Assembly: GCA_965644495.1 (NCBI GenBank) | Contig: CBFFSA010000001.1 | Coordinates: forward strand, 744,001 to 808,000 | Source of the DNA: Perkinsela sp. CCAP 1560/9 | Taxonomy: Eukaryota; Protista; Euglenozoa: Kinetoplastea | Direction of reading: 5' to 3' | DNA length: 64,000 nucleotides | Part shown: positions 1 through 9,308 of the stretch, in pieces | Position numbering within the stretch: position 1 is the stretch's first letter | Layout: each line of letters opens with the position of its first letter | Translations under genes and position numbers: made by a program | Notes under the pieces: generated by a model | What the model was told of the DNA's origin: nothing | The model's database searches: none | Seen by the model: the letters and a program-made list of their open reading frames with translations, nothing else

Positions 1-1468
1 TATGGGCGTCATCCTGCTGGAACCGTCGCACGCGGGTAAGACCGGAGAGCGCCCCGCTGATTTCATTGCGATGCAACACCCCAAAATCGGCCAAACGCAT
101 CGGAAGCTCACGATAGCTACGAGGACGCATTTTATACAATAGGCAGTGTCCGGGACAGTTCATCGGTTTCAGGGCATACGCCGCGGATTCGTTCTCGGAA
201 GCTGCTTTGCACCCGTCATTGCAGAAAAATAAATTCTCTTTGTACTTGTCATAGTGCCCGCTGATTTGCCATAATTTTGTGTGGTACATGTTTGGGGTAA
301 TCACCTCTTCAAACCCACGGCGTCGGTACTGTTTGCGCATAAAATCGACGAGAGCAAGGTAGATGCGTGCGCCGTAGGGGTGCCAAAAGGTGGAACCTGG
401 GCTGAGGTCGGAGTTCCAGTTCCATAGTTCTTGCTTCTTTCCCAGCACGCGGTGGTCGTATAACGCGGCATCAGCGACCCGTGCCTTCCATTCCTTCATA
501 AGGGACTCTTTCGGAAATGACATGGCATAGACACGCTGCAGGGAAGCGTTCTCGACGTTGCCCTGGAAATAACTAGAGCTGTTTTTGGTGACACAGAACG
601 AACGAACGCGGCCAGTGTGAGGTAGATGGGGTCCTCGACACGGGTCAATAAGATTTCCACAACGATACACCACGCAGTGAGCACCGTCTTGTACTTTACT
701 TGAGAGAATGGTACTTTTGAAGGGGTTGTAACCAAACATTGCGATGGCGTTTTCCTTTGTAAGCACGAGGCGCTGAAAAGGGTGCGTCCCTTGAACGATC
801 GCACGTACCGACTTTTCCAGACTGGGATAGTCCTGGTCCGTAATGGGTCGTTTCACGTCGCCTTCGTAAAAGAATCCGCCCTCGGCAAGCGGTGGGCCTA
901 CGCTTAGCTTACACTCAAGCACTTGTTCCAATGCATAGCCCAGAACGTGGGCAGAACTGTGCCAAAACACGTACTGTGCCTCACTCCCGGATTCCCAGTC
1001 CAGAAGTTCCACCGTGCAGTCCCGCTCCAGCGGACGGGTGAGGTCCCATACAGCGTCGTCGACTTTGGCAACAATAAAATTCTCGGTCGCCTTTTTAAGG
1101 GCGCTACGAGGCACACGGTCTTTGTAATACTCCAACAAATCGAATGGGGTGGTGCAATAGGCAGTCCCAGTTAACTGTACTACATGAGGCATGTCCTGTT
1201 CAGACTCATTGCCTGTTTCTGTGAACGATACGCCAACCAATTCAACCGTAATGGGACGTTCTTTCTGCTTGTATTCGAGTTCTTGCTTGGCAAACAACGT
1301 TTCGAAAAGTTCCAGTCGTGGAGACCAAAAGGTGGGGCCTTTGGATGAATCCATTGTTTTGGTGTGGATATTCGTGTTTTCATGCTGCTCACGGGTTTCA
1401 ACATCGTCTTTGTGATCAACTTTTATCTTATTCATGGCTTCGGTTACTTTGTCTGAGTTTGGTGGCAT
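1..1468 (-). CDS. ThrRS: Threonyl-tRNA synthetase (3' end runs off the window)
   Basis: Manual translation from ATG 1468 gives one open frame: TGS domain (WDLTRPLE), editing domain (FWHSSAHVLG...DPCRGPH), LQRVYAMSFP, DHRVLGKKQEL, LKPMNCPGHC, DFGVLHRNE, GLTRVRRFQQDDAH. Missing from the ORF track because it has no stop inside the window. Confidence 0.97.
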   Translation of the reverse strand, partial: MPPNSDKVTEAMNKIKVDHKDDVETREQHENTNIHTKTMDSSKGPTFWSPRLELFETLFAKQELEYKQKERPITVELVGVSFTETGNESEQDMPHVVQLTGTAYCTTPFDLLEYYKDRVPRSALKKATENFIVAKVDDAVWDLTRPLERDCTVELLDWESGSEAQYVFWHSSAHVLGYALEQVLECKLSVGPPLAEGGFFYEGDVKRPITDQDYPSLEKSVRAIVQGTHPFQRLVLTKENAIAMFGYNPFKSTILSSKVQDGAHCVVYRCGNLIDPCRGPHLPHTGRVRSFCVTKNSSSYFQGNVENASLQRVYAMSFPKESLMKEWKARVADAALYDHRVLGKKQELWNWNSDLSPGSTFWHPYGARIYLALVDFMRKQYRRRGFEEVITPNMYHTKLWQISGHYDKYKENLFFCNDGCKAASENESAAYALKPMNCPGHCLLYKMRPRSYRELPMRLADFGVLHRNEISGALSGLTRVRRFQQDDAH

Positions 1469-1835
1469 CAACTCTTTGACAGGGTGTAGCAGAGGGCGTG
1501 ATAAAAAGCGCCAAAGTTGGCGTCTCGTTGTTGAGAGAATATTTAAAAAGTTTCTTCGTGTTAATAAACAACAATTACGCAAAACACACCTTATGACGCT
1601 TTTACATCTTTTGGCTTATCGCACAGCTTATTTTTGTACAAGAAGCCGCTTCCTTGACTCGAAACCCTCTTGTGTGCTTCGCATAGAATACCTTTTGCAA
1701 AAAAAAAGGAAAATGGATTTAATACTATACATGCCCCAAAGCATTTCTATCTATCATTAAAAAGGGAAAGTAATTCTGAATATTCCACACGGGGAAGCTG
1801 AACACTCCCCTTGATCTCCCTCCCTTTCTTCCACT

Positions 1836-3422
1836 CTACTCCCACACCAAACTCAAAAAAGGTCGAAACCGAAGTTCGCCCCACGAGGGTGTTTTCGCAT
1901 AGTTTACCCTCGCATTCGATGCACCACTCCCGGTAGTGCACTCCTTTCCTCCGATCACCACACCAAAGGTACATGTACCCTGCGGGGAGCGTTCCCACAT
2001 CTCCCACGTCCACTGGGCCAGGGAACACCCATAGCGGTAGACATACCGATGGCACAGTGACCCCAGCTGTAGGACGGACGCCGGGACGTATTGCCCCATT
2101 TCTTTATACACCAGATAGGAGCTTCCCTCCTCTGCGTATTGCGCAATGCGGTGGTGCATTTCGGTTTCTCGCAGCCACTGGTGGGTGTGCGTGCAGACCG
2201 AGACAAAGGACTGGATATCCGTCTCACAACCCAGCGCGAGTTGACCCCCGGAGTAGGAACCGTGCAAGGCATGAATTGAGGGGGTGGACGATTTGGTTTT
2301 TTGATTGGTATTCTCTTGATTCGCAAAAGACTCGGCTCGTTTTGTTCTGTCGGATCCCGACCACGATGTTTGGTGCGAAGTCACATTCCATTGATACTTT
2401 CCCCCGAACTCCAGTAAAGTGCCTTGGTGGGTAATCGCATTTCCACGAATGCGTAGGGCAAGCTGCACCTTCTCTGACGGTTTGTAAAATAGTGCACTAT
2501 TCCATCGACGTAACGCATCGCCGTATATGGAGAGCGACACATTGTTTTGAAACGTCACCCCGAATCCGGCAAACAGATTCACTCCATTTTCCAAATCTCG
2601 TGTGGACATTAAAGAGATCATTGAGCGGTAGCGAAAAGGGCTTTCCGCGGGGAGAATCTCTGGCAGGGATTTTGAGGACACAGCGGTACGAATCGCACGA
2701 TCCTGCGGGCTGGAACGCCACAGGGAGGAGTCGAATCCAGGAGGTACATGCTTCTTCCGTACCGCAGTCTCCTCCGTATTCGAACGTGCACCGTAGGTTA
2801 CAATATACAACGCCCGGTCGATGTACAGCTGAATATTCTCTGTGGGGAAGAATTCCAAAACATACCCAAAACTGTTCGAGTCCTCACTTCCTGTCGTGGT
2901 TGTACTCGTCTTACTTGAGGGAGCCTCATGTTGCCCGTTTTGGTTCTCCGAACCCTCTGCCACGTTTTCAGCTCTGTGCAGACTCTCTCCATGGATCACG
3001 GGTGGGGCAATCTCGGAGGGGTACATCACCATGGCTTTGGCGCCTGTGCCCCATCGAGTTTCGATCTTTGTCCCGAATTGACGCAACCCGGCAGCAAACA
3101 ACCGAACCCGAATGTCATCGGGGAGCGCTGCGGCGTAATAAGAATTCGGAAGACGGCTCCAGGGCATATTGCGTAGCATCGGGTCCGGGGCGACATATTT
3201 AGAGGTTGCGGCCTTGCAAACCGCCAGGAGCTGGGCGAGCGAGGCTCGAAGCGCCTCGGACTGGGACAGGGAGGGGGAGGGGAGGAGTCGCTCCAGGACG
3301 AGCCGCCCGTGAGGATTCCAAGGCTCCCGTTCGTAAGGGGTGCGACTGGCGGCTTGGTGATGCCAGTCAAGGATGGAGCTCGCGTCGAGGGCGATGCAAC
3401 GTTCCGAGGTGAAGTGCGACAA
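1836..3422 (-). CDS. Hypothetical protein, 528 aa; C-terminal half beta-strand-like (possible mitochondrial beta-barrel)
   Basis: Long ORF co-oriented with neighbours. Alternating hydrophobic/Gly strands (NLFAGFGVTF, VQLALRIRG, LEFGGKYQW, CTFGVVIGG). The listed start is TTG, so the true start is uncertain. Function is speculative. Confidence 0.55.
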   Translation of the reverse strand: MSHFTSERCIALDASSILDWHHQAASRTPYEREPWNPHGRLVLERLLPSPSLSQSEALRASLAQLLAVCKAATSKYVAPDPMLRNMPWSRLPNSYYAAALPDDIRVRLFAAGLRQFGTKIETRWGTGAKAMVMYPSEIAPPVIHGESLHRAENVAEGSENQNGQHEAPSSKTSTTTTGSEDSNSFGYVLEFFPTENIQLYIDRALYIVTYGARSNTEETAVRKKHVPPGFDSSLWRSSPQDRAIRTAVSSKSLPEILPAESPFRYRSMISLMSTRDLENGVNLFAGFGVTFQNNVSLSIYGDALRRWNSALFYKPSEKVQLALRIRGNAITHQGTLLEFGGKYQWNVTSHQTSWSGSDRTKRAESFANQENTNQKTKSSTPSIHALHGSYSGGQLALGCETDIQSFVSVCTHTHQWLRETEMHHRIAQYAEEGSSYLVYKEMGQYVPASVLQLGSLCHRYVYRYGCSLAQWTWEMWERSPQGTCTFGVVIGGKECTTGSGASNARVNYAKTPSWGELRFRPFLSLVWE

Positions 3423-3978
3423 TGGGGTAGAGAGGGAGGGAAGAAAAAGGAAGGTGAGATAGGTTCTGGTGTGGTAGTTTTTTAGATCGTATCCTACAGT
3501 CGTACACTTTCTTTCTAGTTAACCGGTCTAATAGATGAGAACATATTTTTGAGAGTAAATTTGAGAGACAAAAATGATAGACGGAAGAGGGAGGCCTCTG
3601 TTCTTTGCAAAAACTATACAGATAGAGGTGCTGAGATAAAAGTACAAGAGAATCTATCCTGTACAAGAGAATCTGTGACTTGCCTGTCCCATTTTTGAGA
3701 GCGCGGAGACAAAAGCCACTCATTGAAATGATTTTTTTGATCAATCTCTAGCCCCTCTCAAGGGCACTTGTACGTCAACCAATAAGGCTTATCAAGATTC
3801 ATGCAGCACAGCACAACTACTGTCCGGTAGAATGGGAGCTCTTCTTCTGAATTTTTTGCATGAACCTTATACGTTTGCATGAACCTTGTACGTGTTTCCT
3901 AATACGTCTTGCAAGGAACCTTGTACGTATTTCAGGAAATAAGACAATGCTCATGAGCATCACAGTAACTAATGCGGC

Positions 3979-4812
3979 CTAAACAGAGCAATTCTCCAAG
4001 AAATTGGCCAACGCTCGGTCGTAACGTATGTAATGTTTAAGGTCGTGATAGTGTTTCATTGGGCTATCCGAATCCTCCATACTCTTCAATAAGACTTTGA
4101 CGTTTCGAACCAGCCGAAGCGGCGCGCAGTGAATGCCAGAGCCTAACGACCGGTACCAAATTTTGGTTCGGACGCGATAGGGCACAAACGCGAACAAGTT
4201 GCCAAGCTCCGAAAAAGCCGATTGGCAGGCCGACAGCTTGGCTGTGGTCTCGTGGGGACTTAACTGAGCTTCTTCCGTACTTAATCCTTTGACGGATTGC
4301 TGCAACCTTTGTTGAATCACCTGGGGCAGGCGAAAATTTCCAAACTGCGGGGCATAGGACACCCAATGAAAGGTGAGAAACGTCCCCGCACTCCTCTGCG
4401 GAGAGTGATGCTGACAGTAAATCGGATTCCACAACACCGCATACCAACTGGAGGGGGTAAACCCAGAAAGCGGGACCTCACACAGCTCACGAAACACCGG
4501 CTCACTCTCCATTAACTCCTTCACATGGAGAAAAAACGGCGCACGCTCATTCGGGGGCCTACTCGGGGTACACTCAAACCGTCTCCCCTCCCCCGTCTCC
4601 AGCCCCACCCCACTCAACAGCGGGACATAGAACAAACTCCGGGTGGGGGACAGATGACTCACGTGGGGGGCACGTAACGGAATCTCCACCCCCTCGATGC
4701 GGTCATAAAACCTCCAGCTCTCCTGTAGCGAAATCGAGCGCCCCTCCCCCCCTCCCACGGGGTGGGTCCGGGCGAGGAACTGGATGATGTCGCCGTAGCC
4801 CGAGACCTCCAT
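3979..4812 (-). CDS. DUF789-like protein core; frame extends upstream into a low-complexity repeat region (probable start near 6643, with indels)
   Basis: SLQESWRFYD..EGVEIPL, YVPLLSGVGL, PPNERAPF, SSWYAVLWNPIY, TFLTFH match the DUF789 pattern. The frame stays open upstream of 4812 (ASLSTLLCDYDDAAM) into (TTTPTP)n. Confidence 0.75.
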   Translation of the reverse strand: MEVSGYGDIIQFLARTHPVGGGEGRSISLQESWRFYDRIEGVEIPLRAPHVSHLSPTRSLFYVPLLSGVGLETGEGRRFECTPSRPPNERAPFFLHVKELMESEPVFRELCEVPLSGFTPSSWYAVLWNPIYCQHHSPQRSAGTFLTFHWVSYAPQFGNFRLPQVIQQRLQQSVKGLSTEEAQLSPHETTAKLSACQSAFSELGNLFAFVPYRVRTKIWYRSLGSGIHCAPLRLVRNVKVLLKSMEDSDSPMKHYHDLKHYIRYDRALANFLENCSV

Positions 4813-4915
4813 CGCGGCGTCGTCGTAGTCACACAGCAGGGTGCTGAGGGACGCCGTGGGGGGTCCCTCCCAGGTGAGGGAGGGGTTGGCCGGGCGTGAG
4901 GGGGAGTAGGCGTGG

Positions 4916-5921
4916 GTAGGGGTAGTGGTGGTAGTGGGGGTAGTCGTGGGGGTAGGGGTAGTGGTGGGGGTAGGGGTAGTCGTGGGGGTAGGGGTAGTCG
5001 TGGGGGTAGGGGTAGTCGTGGGGGTAGGGGTAGTCGTGGGGGTAGGGGTAGTCGTGGGGGTAGGGGTAGTCGTGGGGGTAGGGGTAGTCGTGGGGGTAGT
5101 CGTGGGGGTAGGGGTAGTCGTGGGGGTAGGGGTAGTCGTGGGGGTAGGGGTAGTCGTGGGGGTAGGGGTAGTCGTGGGGGTAGGGGTAGTCGTGGGGGTA
5201 GTCGTGGGGTAGGGGTAGTCGTGGGGGTAGGGGTAGTCGTGGGGGTAGGGGTAGTCGTGGGGTAGGGGTAGTCGTGGGGGTAGGGGTAGTCGTGGGGGTA
5301 GGGGTAGTGGTGGGGTAGGGGTAGTCGTGGGGGTAGGGGTAGTCGTGGGGGTAGGGGTAGTCGTGGGGGTAAGGGTAGTCGTGTGGGTAGGGTAGTCGTG
5401 GGGGTAGGGGTAGTCGTGGGGGTAGGGGTAGTCGTGGGGGTAGGGGTAGTCGTGGGGGTAGGGGTAGTCGTGGGGGTAGGGGTAGTCGTGGGGTAGGGGT
5501 AGTGGTGGGGGTAGGGGTAGTCGTGGGGGTAGGGGTAGTCGTGGGGGTAGGGGTAGTCGTGGGGGTAGGGGTAGTCGTGGGGGTAGGGGTAGTCGTGGGG
5601 GTAGGGGTAGTGGTGGGGGTAGGGGTAGTCGTGGGGGTAGGGGTAGTGGTGGGGGTAGGGGTAGTCGTGGGGGTAGGGGTAGTCGTGGGGGTAGGGGTAG
5701 TCGTGGGGTAGGGGTAGTCGTGGGGGTAGGGGTAGTCGTGGGGGTAGGGGTAGTCGTGGGGGTAGGGGTAGTCGTGGTGGTAGGGGTAGTCGTGGGGGTA
5801 GGGGTAGTCGTGGGGGTAGGGGTAGTCGTGGGGGTAGGGGTAGTCGTGGGGGTAGGGGTAGTGGTGGGGGTAGGGGTAGTCGTGGTAGTGGTGGTGGTGG
5901 GGGTAGGGGTAGTCGTGGGGG
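4916..5921. repeat. 18-bp G-rich minisatellite (GGGGTAGTCGTGGGGGTA)n, roughly 55 copies
   Basis: Directly visible tandem array with occasional 1-nt indels in G runs. Confidence 0.97.
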
Positions 5922-6843
5922 GGCGTGGAGGGGTTGAAGTCTTTGCGTTCGATTCGTGGGGAGGGGGCGGTGGGGGGTAGGGCGTGGGAGGGGTGAGGGG
6001 AGAGGAGGGGGAGGGGGGGATACGAACAGGTGGGGAGTAACGGGGAGGAGAGGGGGGAGAGGGGGAGAGGGGGGAGAGGGGGGAGAGGGGGAAGAGGAGG
6101 GGGGTGGGTGGGGGTAGAGAGGGGGGGTGTCGGTAGAGGTAGAGGAGGGGAGGGGGGGAGGAGAGGAGGGGGTGGTGGTGGTAGTGGTAGTGGTAGGGTT
6201 GTTGTTGTGGTGGTGGTTATGATTCGTGTTGTTGTGGTGGCTATGATTCGTATCATTGTGATTGTCGTTGTCGTTGCTACTATTCGTGTTGTTATGGTTG
6301 GGGTTGGGGTTGGGGTTGGTATTGGGGTCGTGATGGTGGTTGTTGTTGCTGGGGTTGTGGCTGTGGTTGTTGCTGTCGTTACTTTGTGGGTGAAGGAGGT
6401 GAGAAGATTCCTGAGGATTCGAAGAAGTGGGAGGGTAGGAGGCTGGGGAAAAGTGGAGGGTGGAAGGGAAATCGGTATAGGGGTCAGGGAGAGGATAGTC
6501 GTTCCAGAGTTGGCGGAGTTGGTTCTGGACCCTGGTTAGGGTCTGGGCTTTGCGGTCGTCGAGGGGAGAGGGGGGGAAGTATTTTTTATGTTGGTAAGAG
6601 GGGTCGTGGGTGGTGAACGGGGGGTAGTGAGAATTTCGGACATGAAAATTTAGTTTGCAAAAAAGGTTCGTTTTTTTGTCTCTAGCGTTGCACTTTGTGT
6701 TTTTTAAAGGAGTATCGAATTCGTGAAAACCGAGAGGAAATTACGATCTTTCGTTAATCTAATTTCTCATGTTTTTCTGTATCACGCGTAAAATGAACGG
6801 CCATACAGTGTAGATGCCATGACAAAGTTCACATAAAAAAACG

Positions 6844-7550
6844 TTACCGAATAAGTTTCTTCACCTCCTTCATGTCCCTTTCCAAAACATCAGACAAATG
6901 CTGAATACCATGTTGTTTTTCTCGTAAGTAATCAACCACCTCTGATATCGGAATATCGCACTGCACAGCGTGCGCCTCCTCACTCTCGGTATTACCCGCT
7001 GGTATCGGTGTCTTCTCCAATTTATCCAGCGCGTTTACAGTTTGGGGTTGCGTATCCTCTATCGTGCTACATAAATTTTGGCTTTCTTTGAGTAAAGGGG
7101 CCTCGGAGGTCAGTGGGTTTTCCACACGTCGAAGCACCTGTATTTTTCCTAACAACAGCAACACGGAGCGCTGCAGTGCTGTATGTTTTTCTGATAGCTT
7201 TCTCAGACGAAAAGTCATCTCGTCATGGCTTGTTTGGTACTTTCAGCCACCGAATAGAGTTGCTGAACAAGCTTCACGTATCCGCGAAGTGTCTCTGTTT
7301 GTAACTGAATCCGCTCCTGCAGTCCGGAGAAGAAATGGACTGGCAAAGGAAACATTCGGGAGGCGTCAGGGACGGACTCAGCGGCCTTCGTCCACTGCTC
7401 ATCAGTCAGGTGAATACCTTCGGAGGCGAGATGGTTGCGATAAAACGCGATTTGCGCATTGGCCTGTTCTGTGGGGCATATGCTAAAAAGAAATGAACGG
7501 AACGGACAGTTTTGGGATTTCTTGTCGTACCTTTCGTCCCATTGGATCAA
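6844..7550 (-). CDS. NUP54: Nucleoporin Nup54/Nup57-like, split by a 1-nt frameshift near 7240
   Basis: WD...CPF, W..A...PD...P.PV.FF..L..R...Q followed by coiled coil (LLGKIQVLRR..PLTSE; QHGIQHLSDVLERDM). Adding one A to GAAAG joins ORFs 7215..7550 and 6844..7218 as AEKYQTSHDEMTF. Confidence 0.75.
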
Positions 7551-7736
7551 TTTTGGGAGAGGATTGGGAGTGATGGTCGTGGAAGACGCACCGGCAACAT
7601 TGTTAAAATTGTAGGGCGAAAAAGTTAATTTTTGTAATATTTCAAGGCGAACACCTTTATAGTTTGGTCAATCATAAAAATTCTGTAGAAGCCTGTTTAG
7701 TGTAAAAATTTGCTATGCTTACCGTTGTAACAGATA

Positions 7737-9044
7737 TTACTCATCCACTGGACAGTTTGGACAGCACATGAGAACCTTTTGCGAAAACTGCGTACAAGAC
7801 CGGCACGCACTCACTCCACACTTTATACACCGATGTGTATCCTTTAGTTCCAGCTCACTTGTGTTGGTAGCCGTATCCGCGCCTCCTGCCCTGGCAGTTC
7901 CGTGGAGTGAGTACAGTGGGAAATGACAAAGAAAGCAATAGGTGTTTTTCACCGTCGAAAGGTAACGTTCTCTGTCAGAAATAGGACTTTTCGAGTCGTT
8001 TTCAATTTGACCGCCTTTGTGACATATCCTACTATCGTCTTCTAATGTTTCTGTATTTTCCTGGTCACCTGCTAAGTTGCTCCTAACAACCGTAGATGGG
8101 CCCCCCTGGCCCACTGGATATTCTTGTCTTCGCAACATTAGCTCCTCCACTTGTATTAAGCTTGACGCCGATATCTCTGCTTTTTCTGCAGTTGAGCTCA
8201 TTTTCACCATAAAGTTTTTTTGCTCACTGTTCTGTTGCATCTGAGCTCGCGACAGGAACGCACTGGAGAGCAAATCTAAACCACAAATCACACACGTACG
8301 CGGGAGAGATCCACACAGCACGGCCTCACATCGGGGACAATGAATCACGTTTTGTACATAATTTAAGTGACAAACACAAATTTGAGGGGTTCTCCTTTCT
8401 TCTACTGTGGGAAACCCGAATGGGAGTAGCTTTACACCCTCTGGATCGACCGAATTGGTTGTAGAATCATACGGTACGCGATGCATCACTAAATGTAGAA
8501 TCTCTTCCAAATGTTTTTCCTGTAAAGGGACATAATAATGTCCTTCGGAAGCTAGCGAAGAGAGCATTTGGGTCTGGGCCCCAAATCCAATCACTGTAGT
8601 ATGAATTTTTTCTTGATGGGTCTGTTCAATCACTTGTGTCACATCCCCAGGGTCTGCAGAGTTTAGTGAGGAGGCGAGATAGAGAATCTCATGGGTGGCT
8701 GTTGTTGAGGTCGCTTGATTTCGGGTAAATAAATGCAACGCGAGTCGCAGCGCATTCTCAACCGAGGGGGTGCCAGAAGGTGAGGTCTTGGCAAAATACT
8801 TTTCTACTTCATTCAGTACAGTCTCCGGGGACATTTGGAAATCACAGATAAGCTCGGCGACCCCCTCACGCGTGGCTATAATCGCGAGATAGGAAACAGC
8901 ATGGAGGTGAAGGTAGGAATGGATGAGATAGGGCAGGGCACAGTCTCGTAGCAGATGAAGCCGGTCAGGGAGAAAGTCTTTTCGGAGGACTGCCGCGGAG
9001 TAGTCGACGATGAGAACCAGACGGCGGATAATGCAGTGAGGCAT
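7737..9044 (-). CDS. SSL1: TFIIH p44/Ssl1 subunit
   Basis: vWA domain (RRLVLIVDYS, D.LPDR, G.PSVENAL, HEIL...SLNSADPGDV), GFP motif, C4 finger (CPRC...CVIC) and C-terminal RING-like Cys cluster. Confidence 0.92.
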   Translation of the reverse strand: MPHCIIRRLVLIVDYSAAVLRKDFLPDRLHLLRDCALPYLIHSYLHLHAVSYLAIIATREGVAELICDFQMSPETVLNEVEKYFAKTSPSGTPSVENALRLALHLFTRNQATSTTATHEILYLASSLNSADPGDVTQVIEQTHQEKIHTTVIGFGAQTQMLSSLASEGHYYVPLQEKHLEEILHLVMHRVPYDSTTNSVDPEGVKLLPFGFPTVEERRTPQICVCHLNYVQNVIHCPRCEAVLCGSLPRTCVICGLDLLSSAFLSRAQMQQNSEQKNFMVKMSSTAEKAEISASSLIQVEELMLRRQEYPVGQGGPSTVVRSNLAGDQENTETLEDDSRICHKGGQIENDSKSPISDRERYLSTVKNTYCFLCHFPLYSLHGTARAGGADTATNTSELELKDTHRCIKCGVSACRSCTQFSQKVLMCCPNCPVDE

Positions 9045-9308
9045 AACAGGAGGGGACTGCGGGGGTTTAGGAAGAGGTAAGGATATGGGACATAGGGAGG
9101 AAAAGAGCGAAAGTAGGTGTAAAGTGGTGCGCTATTCGGGAGTTGGGATTCGATTATAGGACGTACATTTTCTAAACGTGGTGGTGCGCGATAAAGACTA
9201 TCACATACATGTATGCCTGTTGGTAATAAAAAACACGCATGGACATGTAGAAAAAAGACATCTCGTAGAACTACAGTCATATGCACATATTTGTCACCAC
9301 AGGCGTCT

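Noticed and set aside
496-1419. Short ORFs 496..804, 904..1116 and 1180..1419 suggesting a fragmented gene
   Set aside because: Alternative frames of an intact ThrRS.
4829-6616. Gly/Val/Arg-rich plus-strand ORFs and the 475-aa PHDYPY ORF as separate genes
   Set aside because: Products of a stop-free minisatellite and skewed composition.
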